Assembly: GCF_001194135.2 (NCBI RefSeq)
Contig: NC_068988.1
Coordinates: forward strand, 25,488,920 to 25,552,919
Direction: 5' to 3'
Source of the DNA: Octopus bimaculoides
Taxonomy: Eukaryota
DNA: 64,000 nucleotides
Shown here: positions 54,237-64,000 of the stretch, in pieces
How positions within the stretch are numbered: the first letter of the stretch is position 1
Layout of the letters: each line of letters begins with the position of its first letter
Translations under genes and position numbers: made by a program
The notes under the pieces: model-generated
What the model was told of the DNA's origin: nothing
What the model saw: the letters and a program-made list of their open reading frames with translations, nothing else
Database searches by the model: none

Positions 54237-54410
54237 TAGGCGCAGGCATGCATATATAGTCAAGTGTTTCGCATTGCAGCAATGTCGTTTCTGGTTCACT
54301 CTCACTTGAGCTGCTGTATTCTATTATTACTCCGTGTTGATCAAAGACTTGTGAGGCAGTTTGGGAAACGGAAACTGTGCTGAAGCCCACTGTATGTCAA
54401 CATGATGTAT
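54237..54410 (+). mobile_element. Degraded SINE family A 5' part
   Basis: taggcgcaggcatg...gatcaaagacttgtgaggcagtttgggaaacggaaactgtgctgaagcccactgtat, followed by a TA/CA microsatellite as in other copies. Confidence 0.7.
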
Positions 54411-55609
54411 ATATATATATGCGTACACATATATATGTATTCATACATACATATATAAACACACATACGTACACACACACACACATATATGCATATGTAT
54501 ATATGTATATGTGTATTTGTGTACATAGATATCTGCCATTATCTGCAACACTCCACTACTACCTTCATTATTACATGCCAGATTTGCTTGCGACATGCTT
54601 GAAAGATATATGGGGCAATTGCCAGTAATAGTAATTTGGCGCATTTCTAGTGGTGTGAGCTGTTGCGTTGTCATGTCACAGTGCAGAGAAAATCATACAT
54701 GATGATCAATTTCAACTGGAATGACAAGACCGCTATGATTATGTGCCCATAACAAGATTGTAAAACGTTGGAAAGGGCTCAATTACCTTTGATAAGTTTC
54801 TTAGTCAAAGGTTTCTGGGATTTGTGCAAATAACCGAATTGCGCTAATTAGACTCCCCCCTGCTTTCAAGTTCTCTATTTACCGATATTTTATAATTAGA
54901 TGTTGTTTTTGCTCTCTTTGATTTCATTTTCCTCTACCAACACGCCTGGTCGTCTTTACTTCATTTTTATACTGTCCCTAATGCCGTAGGTGCTTGTGGT
55001 GGATCAGAAAATTTCTAATAATTACATATATTATGACGATTTATGATTAGGAATATTTCTTATTGATTTTTTTTATACCTGCTATTTTGATCACTGTTCC
55101 TGCATTTTGAATTTCTATTTTTTGCAGAAAATATTTCGCCTCTTTAATAGAAAAATCGTTCATTATTTTCATCTATTGTTCTCTCATATCACAAGAGATT
55201 TATTGAATCTGTTCTCATTTTCTGCGCAGCCTTTTCCAAACATAATTGTCTTATTTTATAATACATTTTGACTCTAAAATCCTAGTCTCCTTTCGTCACT
55301 TTGCAAGATAGTTTCTATAAATGACAATTAAAGTATTATATTTTAAATGCTATTTTAAATTAACCATTCTTTCTAGCAATATTAGAGAATCTTCTCTCAT
55401 TGTTGAATCCATAATTAGGGTGATTTGTAAAATAAACACTTAACAACCAATTCACGTTCCATTAATTGATTGTGGCTTTGTTGAGTTGAACATATTTGTA
55501 CACAAGCATGACTCTATATTCAAGTGGAATTGTAGTCTTAAATTTCAAAGGGCAGTAAAAAAAAAAGAGATGAAAGAACCTTCCCGATTTCCCCAGATTC
55601 TGTGGCATA

Positions 55610-55750
55610 TACTCTCAGCCCCGTCCGCCCGAGACGAGACGCCGATCCGTTGTAAGATTACTCATTTTTGCTATTGAGTAGACTGGATCAGCATAAAATT
55701 ATGTGTTTTGCTCAAGAACAAAACGCGGCGCTGGGTCGAGGATCCGAAAC
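55610..55750 (-). mobile_element. Third SINE family (C) fragment
   Basis: gacgagacgccgatccgttgtaagattactcatttttgctattgagtagactggatcagc...gtgttttgctcaagaacaaaacgc. The reverse complement has a CORE-like gttcttgagcaaaacac. Confidence 0.6.
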
Positions 55751-55929
55751 GATAATGTTATTATGATTGTTGTTACTATTGGAGTTACTATTGTTATTCG
55801 AAAGCTAATCGACAATGTGTGTAACACCATAAACACTTAGCCACGCGTCTCCTTATATTTCAATAGAATTGAAGAATTACTGTTATTATTATGAGGCACA
55901 AACTAATTGATAATATTACTATTGTTAGG

Positions 55930-56150
55930 AAAGCGGTGAGATGGCAAAACTATTAGCACGCCGGGGAGAATGCTTAGCGGCATTTCGTCCGTCTTTACGT
56001 TCCAATGTTAAATGCTGCTGCGCTCCACTTTACCTTTCATTCCTTTGGCTTGGATAAAATAAGTACCAGTTGAGAACTGAGTTCGATTTAATCGACTTAG
56101 CTCCACCCCGAAATTGCTGGTCTTGTACTAAAAATGTTAACCAATATTAC
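55930..56150 (+). mobile_element. SINE family B, full-length
   Basis: gcggtgagatggcaaaactattagcacgccggggagaatgcttagcggcatttcgtccgtctttacgttcc...aataagtaccagttgag. Confidence 0.9.
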
Positions 56151-56167
56151 TGTTTTTAGGTTGTGTT

Positions 56168-56271
56168 CTTATTAGTGTTGAAGTTTCTACGTACCTTATT
56201 AGTGTTGAAGTTTCTACGTACCTTATTAGTGTTGAAGTTTCTACGTACCTTATTAGTGTTGAAGTTTCTAC
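56168..56271. repeat. 27-bp minisatellite, 3 perfect units plus a 23-bp partial unit
   Basis: cttattagtgttgaagtttctacgtac repeated. Confidence 0.97.
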
Positions 56272-56914
56272 ACAAGCAAGACTCGACGCAAATCAACAAA
56301 ATATTTTGTACATGGTCGTTTGGTTTCTCAAAACACAAGTCAAATTTGGGTAATTTTGAAATGGAAAAAGGTACGATATTGAGGTGATTATATACTCTAG
56401 GAACTATGTAGATATTCATAAATGAACCCAATATTCTAGTGATATAATTCTGGTAGCAAATTTCGAGATGAGTGAGAATGTCCACAGCGCATGTAACTAC
56501 GTTCGAGTCTTATTTATTGGAGCTCCAAACCGAAGCAGAAACCAAACGACTCAACCATGCGCTTCCAGTTATATAGTAGCTCTAGCGCTGAACTCTCTAT
56601 TTAAGTACTGGTTAGCAACGATAGCTATCTGTTTATTAAGGAAATTGTGAAATATCAGGAAGATAAAAAGTTTGTGCAACACAAATATATCACTTGCTCC
56701 CGAAGTAATTGTTACCGCTCTCAAAGTGTTACCAAAGACGATGGAGGATATTAAAATTTCGTAACTTATTGTAAACCAGCAGAGAAGTGCCCATCTGTAT
56801 TCTGCAATAATCTTAAGAAAGAATCTTGAATTTTGCAAACGCTTACTGCTACAAAACCTAGGGATAGCAATAGCATCCCATCACAGTAAATTAGTATATA
56901 ATTGCTTTTGAGCA

Positions 56915-57066
56915 ATAATAGCAAAAACAATAGAAACAACGACGTCAATGATAATAATAACAATAATGATAATAGCAAGAAGAAGACGAAGAAGAAAAAG
57001 AAGAAGAAGAAGAACAACAACAACAACAACAACAACAACGACGACGACGACGACGACGATGACGAC
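56915..57066. repeat. Compound trinucleotide array (AAT)(AAG)(AAC)(GAC)
   Basis: Directly visible; the source of the N/K/D-run ORF at 56902. Confidence 0.95.
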
Positions 57067-57099
57067 ATACTAGCTGAACTAATGAATAAGCTTTCTAAA

Positions 57100-60060
57100 C
57101 GAAAAATTAATAGCAGAAGATGAAAGAGAATATCTAAAAGAAGTAACGGTAGCCTAAACACAGGAATAATTAAAATATTGATAATGTAATTTTCAACTGT
57201 AGAAATAACACGTGCAATAGAAATGATAAACAACGAAATACTATAAATTCAAACCCTGGAATTCTAAAATATTGAACGCAAAACGACAAACAAAAACTGC
57301 AGAAAATGTAAATAAAGTTACGTAAGAGAAAGATCTTAATATGAAAAAATTCTAAAGGTGAACATCATGACTTTAACACTCCAAAACTGTATTATATCGC
57401 AATTGAGAGCATTCGATCCTCCTATTGGCCAATGGAAGTATCCTACATGGTTAAATAGCAACAGTATTACATCGAACCATGAAACAGCAACAATAATAAA
57501 AGAAACGTGAACTTGGTTGTCGCAAATTTAATTAAAAAAAGTTCATCCATTGTCGTGAAATAATATATCTATCAGTCACTGTTGTTACAAAGTAAAATTA
57601 GTACTCTCTCAAATCCATTCACAGAATAAAATTAAAACCCATGAAAAATGAAATATCCAGAAATATATAGAAAAGGAGATACATTTGTCAATTTTTAAAA
57701 TCAATAATGAAACGAGAAGACTAAAAAGGTACACAAAGTGATAAATGTTAAAATAATATGTACCTGAGATCAAAGATCTCACTAGGTCGATAAAATTCAG
57801 TTATTATGAAAAGCACAAAAGATTATTTGAATAAAAGCTGTTCGACTCAAAATCTAAACGATTCAATGAAGAAGTTTGTAAAAAAAAAAAATCAATATAC
57901 AGTACTAAAAGCACCAGAAATAGAAGTCTGAGGGAGAAGTATAGGCAGAAAAAGAATTCTAACAGAAAAGATTTAAAAAACAAAATGAATGAATGAATGA
58001 ATATTGCTTTGGGACAATCTTAGGTGTCCATAACAACGGAAAGATTAACCCCAGTACTGCAAACAACTGGATTTAATCGAACCATGAAAGTATCAAAAGT
58101 TTCTGGACAAAATATTTAAAAGAAACACAGAAGTTGCTAGTAGATAAGTACAATGTGATACTGGTGGTACCAGAGAAAACAATGCTAGGATATAAAATAC
58201 AAACAAAAATACCCAACTATATACAAATTTCATCCCCAAATCTACATAAAATCTCATAACATGTCTTTTTAAAACTTACAAAAACCTTAACTGCAATAAT
58301 ATCGCAGAAGATAAGATATCTGGTAAAAAAAACAAAATGGATGCTGCAAAAGTTCATGGTGTAATGATAAATTACTGATTCAGAAAGCTATGACCGAAGG
58401 CAATAGAAGCACTTGGTATGGTATAGACTGACTACAAGAAGGTTTTGATAGTATTACTCCCACATGGATCCCGGAGGTAAAGTCATGAAAAATGCAGCTC
58501 CAGTAAAATGAAAGTACATGGAACATGACTGGGATTTACAGTTAAAGGAAGGAGTTTTAAAAGCTAAACGCATTCCTATTAGAAGAGTAATATCCCAGAA
58601 GGAATCTATCTCACTGTTTCTTATTCGTCTGGCGCTGGTACCTTTTGGTCGTTATGCTAAACAGAACTGCATGTGGATACAACAATTATGATAAGGCGAT
58701 TAACAAGCTTTCGTATGTGAATGATCCCAAGTTGAATGTTGCAAATGATAAGCAAGTCAACGCATTCTTGCAGACAACAAACAGTTTTCTCACAGAAAAA
58801 AACATGAGAATAGCTCAGAAAAAATGTGCCAAAGAATTATCTGACAAGAAGAAAAGTAATTAAAACACTAATATCATATGAGATAAAGGGAATGAAATAA
58901 GAGAATTAGACCGAACTTATGAATCAATGAACAAGACAGTATAACACCACACGCAATTTGGGAGAAAAGATTACAAAGGAATATTATAGAAGCACCAGAT
59001 TATTTCCTAAAAGTGGGTTAAATGAAGAAGAATAAGGCAACAGACATCAATACTCTAGGTGTGCCTGAAATAAGTTACTTATTTAATATTCTCAATTGTA
59101 CGCTTATCGAACTGTCTAGACTAGACAGGAAAATAGGGGAAATAATGATAGCATTTAGAATAGGCCATGCAAAATGGAAAGACTATATTTACCACGAATA
59201 TAAAGAATTTGGTGACTTGTGTAACTAGAAAACTAATACAAAATATCCACAATAAAAATAACTATTCTGAATCATGGACATTTATATAAACAGCTATGAA
59301 ACATGAACAAAGCATAAAATTACTTTTCATCTTCAAAGAAGACGTCAACTACAAAACATGTTGCAATAGCAAATAACTATAAAGAAAATAGTGAAAGCGT
59401 AACTGAAAGCATGGAGTGCTAAAAATCTAAACTAAAGTCCTGGTTAGAAAATGATAGATAGATAATAAGAAATCCCATACAAGACTAATACCAGAAGATG
59501 CTGCAAACAGAAGCAATGAAAATAGAATAGCTATCACTAACTTGGAAGTGCCGGATTCAAAGCAGATGCATAATATTTATGTACTGTGGAGGAAATACTC
59601 CCACAATAGAAACTATGAAAACTACGTAATGTAGCAGAATATAGTAAAAGCAGAATACTTAGAGAGTGGAAGAAACAATTGATCACATTATTTCTGATTA
59701 CTCAGAGTACAACCAAACGTACACCCGAATTGAGAGTTACATACACTAGAAGATATGCCAGCTGTATGAAAAACCAATAGGGCAAAGATGGTATAATTAT
59801 GCATAACAAGAGATCGGTGAAAATGGCAAAGCAACTCTATACGGAAATATACCAATATTCAAAGACAGCGAGATCAAGGTAGTCAGACCGGAGACTGTTC
59901 CTGAGCACCACAAAATAACGAAATGCCTCCTAATCAACAAATTAATTCCAAAAGGTGATAATATATCTTTTGGAGAAATGGAAGAAATATCTAAATATAA
60001 AAAATAACCCGAATGATGAGCTTGAAAACAGAAACTATCCCTATAATGATAGGGATCTGA
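57100..60060 (+). mobile_element. Heavily decayed R4/Dong-type RLE non-LTR retrotransposon
   Basis: Frameshifted RT motifs TYKxLTAIISQKI, GCCKSSWCNDKLLIQK (~58339), TDYKK..FDSI..TWI, IPIRRVISQKESISL (decayed RGIFQGDSLSP) and INKLSYVNDPKL (decayed YMDDLKL). The RLE region reads EETIDHIIS...WYN...RPETV...SKYK (~59670-60000). The 5' boundary is approximate. Confidence 0.8.
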
Positions 60061-60231
60061 GAATTGCCAAAACTATGCTTACAAATACACACCTAATAGC
60101 CCAGTACTCGTACATCAATACATTCATATTTACATACATACATATATATATACACACGTACACACACACGCATACACGCACTCACACACACACGCACGCA
60201 CGAACACACACACACACACACACACACACAT

Positions 60232-60361
60232 AGCTTCCTCCCATGAAATGTCAATGGTTTTGAGGTCGTCGATGAAGGTGCGGCGCCAAGTCGCTTTTGG
60301 TCGCCCTTGTTTTCTCTTGCCATGCGGTGGCTTCCACAGAATGGTGGTTTTCGCATGCCAC
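60232..60361 (-). mobile_element. RTE-clade LINE 3' ORF fragment
   Basis: WHAKTTILWKPPHGKRKQGRPKATWRRTFIDDLKTIDISWEEA matches the W.P.GKR..GRPK.TW...DL C-terminal motif typical of RTE elements. Confidence 0.75.
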
Positions 60362-60915
60362 GACGCTGTGGAAAGAGTGCGGAAAATGTGACCCAATTGC
60401 TAAGTCGATGTGAGAGCCTTGCACAAAAAGAGTACAAGCGCCGTCACGATGCAATGTGTGTGTATCTTCATTGGATCTTATGCTGTAAATACCAATATGA
60501 AGTAAGAGAGAACTGGTATGAGCATGTATCAAGTAAAGTTATGCAGTAGGACGGGAAAGTAACGACACTCTGGGACTATGATATTCAGACGGATTGTGTA
60601 ATCGAACACCGTGGACCAGATATTATCATATTGAATAAGAGACATACTGTAATATCATTGATGTTGCCATAGAAAATGACATGAATGGTGTGAGTAAAGT
60701 GAGTGGATAAATCACCATTTACTCCGAATGGAAAGTGGAAATGGCAAGACTGTATGGAATGTAAAAGAGTAATGTAAAAGTGATACAGTGGTGATCGGAG
60801 CGTTGGGCTCAATCGCATTGAAACTTCAATAAGTCTTTAGGCAACTGGAAATCCTATGCAAGATTAATGTCTTGCAAAAAACGACGCACGTCTTAAGGAA
60901 AGAAGTATCTGTCTG
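60362..60915 (+). mobile_element. Second R4/Dong-type fragment (CCHC-like zinc knuckle plus RLE endonuclease)
   Basis: RRCGKSAENVTQLLSRCESLAQKEYKRRHD...WYEHV...LWDYDIQTDCVIEHRGPDIII...IIDVAI...VVIGALG...LQKT, with stops and frameshifts. Confidence 0.85.
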
Positions 60916-60919
60916 AGAT

Positions 60920-61082
60920 CCTTGTTCCGCCATCTTAACTGATTGGAACTGTAATTATGTACATTGTTATGTAAGGGTATAAAAGATGGGCTGCAGCAAA
61001 TATACTGCTCAATACACAGATTTGTCAGTTACTTGACCTTCACTAGTTGAGCATGTCCCTTAATGGCTGGCGATATGTGCAT
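60920..61082. repeat. Fragment of another interspersed repeat
   Basis: catcttaactgattggaac...aaagatgggctgcagcaaatat...gagcatgtcccttaatggctggcgatatgtgcatc resembles a common Octopus repeat as I recall it. There is only one copy in the window, so this is unverified. Confidence 0.4.
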
Positions 61083-61097
61083 CATAATAATAATAAT

Positions 61098-61155
<58 letters not shown>
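61083..61155. repeat. (ATA)n microsatellite
   Basis: Directly visible. Confidence 0.95.
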
Positions 61156-62010
61156 GTGATTCTTAAAATTCGACACGCTTACAAAAGTTTGAGGAGTGAA
61201 CTTAGTCGAAAACATTGTTTGGTACTATATTTTAAGAATGAGAGTGATTAGAGGGCGAAATACAATTATAAAGATTCCTAAGAAACGTATAAAAGCATTT
61301 CCTACGACGCTGTAACGAGTGTGCCAGCTTACTACCCTTAATTGTTTATGAATTAAACAGAGGGCCAGCAAAAGTTAAGTGAAGTTTATTGGTCGACTTA
61401 ATCACAGGTTTCAGAGCGCTGAAATACAAAGTTGAATTCAATTTAACTTAAAGTCAGAGCATAAAAAATTAGATCATATACCAGAGGATATCCCTTCCGG
61501 CTCTTTAATGTTTCTGCCATAACTCGGTCTCTTCTATTCATTATAATTATAATAATAATGAAGATAGCTATATTTAGTAAAGTTCTTCACACAATATATA
61601 GCGGTTTGTTATGTATAGCTCATGACCTCATTGTACTCATCATAACATAAAAGCGAAAATATATTGTTTTTTAATGACAATCGAAAATAGATCCCAGAGT
61701 CGTCTCACTGAAATAGTTTGTCTGAGTCTCAAGAAACTACCAGATGATATTAGAATCTTCAAAGCAAACAGCGATGTGCCCTGTTCTTATCTATAATAAA
61801 GAATGCTTCTTAGACGAAAATGAAATTAATTCTAGGCATACATAAACAATTTCTCCTTTTTCTCATAAAATCCTAACGATAAATGGCGCAACAAAGGAGT
61901 TGCAACATGGTTTGAAAGGAAATAAAATTGTGCTGGAATCACGAACACAGAGGGAACATGTGTCTTTTGAAGATATTCCATAAATATGTACACATACACA
62001 CACGCATATA

Positions 62011-62084
<74 letters not shown>

Positions 62085-62599
62085 CGTTTATGATGATGTA
62101 TGCAAATCGTCCATGAATTATATGATTAGCTCGTACGTAATAATATAACAGATATGATAAAAAAATTATCGACGCATTTGTTCAAAATGTCAGCTATAAA
62201 AGTATGTTATTTTGCAATAGTGTTTAGAAAACTCCAGCATTCGTGTGTGTGAGACAGAGTGTGTCTATAAGTATGTATGTTTATAGCTACGTATATTGTA
62301 CTATAAATATTCGCAAGGAGAGTTCCCTTAAAATTTATTTTATGCACTCGTTGCTTAATTCTTAAGAAGTTTGGGAAAGTAACCACACTAATGTATTATT
62401 GGTAGTGAACTCCCCAAAGAATAAATAATACTAGACGCTCAAAAAAAAATTCCTGTAAAAGTGCTAATAACATAAAACATAAATGTACATGCATTTTTTT
62501 TTTTTTTTTTGCATAATATAAAATCAAATTGAAATAAATACTATTTCTGTGTTAATATCACATAGAAATAGATTGAATCAAAATTGCATTTCTACTTAC

Positions 62600-62740
62600 T
62601 TTTATTTACACAGCTCATACCACACTGGCCGTCACATAAACATTTTTTCTTCCTGCTTACGCAATCTTCGTGAGTTTCACATCTCTTCAGGCAAGTTCGG
62701 TTTATAACATTCTCCTCTCTTGGACACGAATCTTCACTGG
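62600..62740 (-). CDS. lev-9: Coding exon, WAP-type (8-Cys, LEV-9-like CxC variant) domain of a lev-9/Hasp-like secreted protein
   Basis: Reverse complement has acceptor ctttttcttttcatctttatag| and donor AAA A|gtaagt. It is 141 nt, phase 1-1, and encodes xSEDSCPREENVINRTCLKRCETHEDCVSRKKKCLCDGQCGMSCVNK (8 Cys). The CLCDGxCGMSC motif is typical of LEV-9-family WAP domains (recalled family knowledge; orthology not tested). Confidence 0.85.
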
Positions 62741-63041
62741 CTATAAAGATGAAAAGAAAAAGAAATAACAAAATGAAGAATCAAACAGTTTATTTGTCAT
62801 TTTGCGAAATACTTTCATATTTCAGTAGTTAAAGAGAGTAATGTTTTCGTCATTCATATATTAGCCTAAGGTAGTCAAGATAAAAATATTTATTTTAAAT
62901 TCATNNNNNNNNNNNNNNNNNNNNNNNNNNNNNNNNNNNNNNNNNNNNNNNNNNNNNNNNNNNNNNNNNNNNNNNNNNATCACGAGTGTTTCAGTGAAAA
63001 ACAGCAAACACCATGTTAAATTAATCAGTGATGAATGAATA

Positions 63042-63085
<44 letters not shown>

Positions 63086-64000
63086 GAAATAGGAGACTAC
63101 AAGTTTTGCTGAGTTTTGTGACCTGACTATTCTGGATAGTTACTGGATACACTTTAGTGGTGCAAGTATTCTTTGAGTGACCGCTGACCCCTGTTATCAC
63201 AGATCATAATAAGCGTAACACGTAAGGTTAGGGGCAGACCATGTCATGCAGGATCAAGTGTAAATGAATCTGTTGTGAATGAGGATAAATATGTCATATT
63301 TTGTAATGTCATGAATATAAAACTGAAGGGATACTGAATGCTTGCATGTATATCTTGAATATATCATTTATAGCACAGTCTAGAGTATAAGAACTACACC
63401 CTTCTAATGTTATTTATTTCTGCTTTTATACGCTTATTTATTTTGCAATCTGCAAGTCATAGTTATATAAGAGAGGGCATTAGCGATAATCTGTACATAA
63501 CGATGATAACCTCCCAGAGGATACATTAGAACGTATTCAAGAGTATAATTTTAAACGTCTTCACCCATTGCTTTTGCTGTTGTCACAATTTACTTCTTTA
63601 GAATTTCACTGCAACCAAACGGAAAATGTATCAGTCTACATATACGTAAACAGATTTAACGTGGTTGGGAAATATATCCCTTTAACATTTTATCATGCAT
63701 TCGTAACATATTGTGAACGCCTTGGTAGATTTTAAACGTCTAAGTTTTAGTTTTTATAATTCCTTAGGAAATGTTCTCTCGCTCAAGTATATAAACTGAG
63801 GCAAGTGTGAAGTATAAGCTGGAAATTACTTTGGTAGTTGTGAAATAATTGTATATCAACTATACGCATTATATTGACAGGATTCAAATAGTACTTATCA
63901 AGATTGTACGATAATATTAATCTTTGATTACTTTTTCATATGGCTAAGTCTTCATTTATTTTTCTTTCAGATATAACCTTTCTGTGATAAAGATAAGAGA

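Larger units (their letters stand above)
22243..62599 (-). other. About 40.4-kb phase-1 intron between the WAP and CCP1 exons (if no intervening exons)
   Basis: Bounded by GTAAGT donor and TTTCAG acceptor on the minus strand, with matching phases. Contents are TE remnants and microsatellites. Confidence 0.7.
1982..62978. other. Twelve assembly gaps
   Basis: N runs at 1982-2245, 10320-11067, 13331-13947, 14990-15016, 17782-18341, 23501-24134, 37262-37668, 40330-40683, 41283-41809, 47408-47773, 48157-48307 and 62905-62978. Most are flanked by (AT)n or (AC)n. Confidence 0.99.

Noticed and set aside
56168-56271. Repeat array as CRISPR
   Set aside because: Head-to-tail identical units with no spacers, in a eukaryotic context.
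56620-56800. YITCSRSNCYRSQ...KCPSVFC, faintly like a MULE/FAR1 DNA-binding region
   Set aside because: Too short and interrupted to support a call.

Overview
This is AT-rich, microsatellite-dense eukaryotic genomic DNA with 12 N-gaps (about 4.7 kb). The SINE families resemble those of Octopus/coleoid cephalopods (inference from recalled consensus sequences, not a search). Most listed ORFs are translations of microsatellites or gaps. The host gene is on the minus strand and is missed by the ORF track: a LEV-9/Hasp-like WAP + Sushi(CCP) protein. It has a 141-nt WAP exon (62600-62740), a 201-nt CCP exon (22042-22242) and a possible 47-nt linker exon (13153-13199). The rest of the window is intronic and filled with decayed TEs: three tRNA-derived SINE families, R4/Dong-type RLE retrotransposon pieces (one inside a TAA microsatellite), a Penelope-like element, CR1/L2 and RTE LINE fragments, and degenerate hammerhead-like terminal motifs. 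A near-identical inverted repeat pair 5.6 kb apart brackets the candidate micro-exon. I found no intact novel system; the best leads are the gene itself, the inverted-repeat/dsRNA geometry and the Dong target site.
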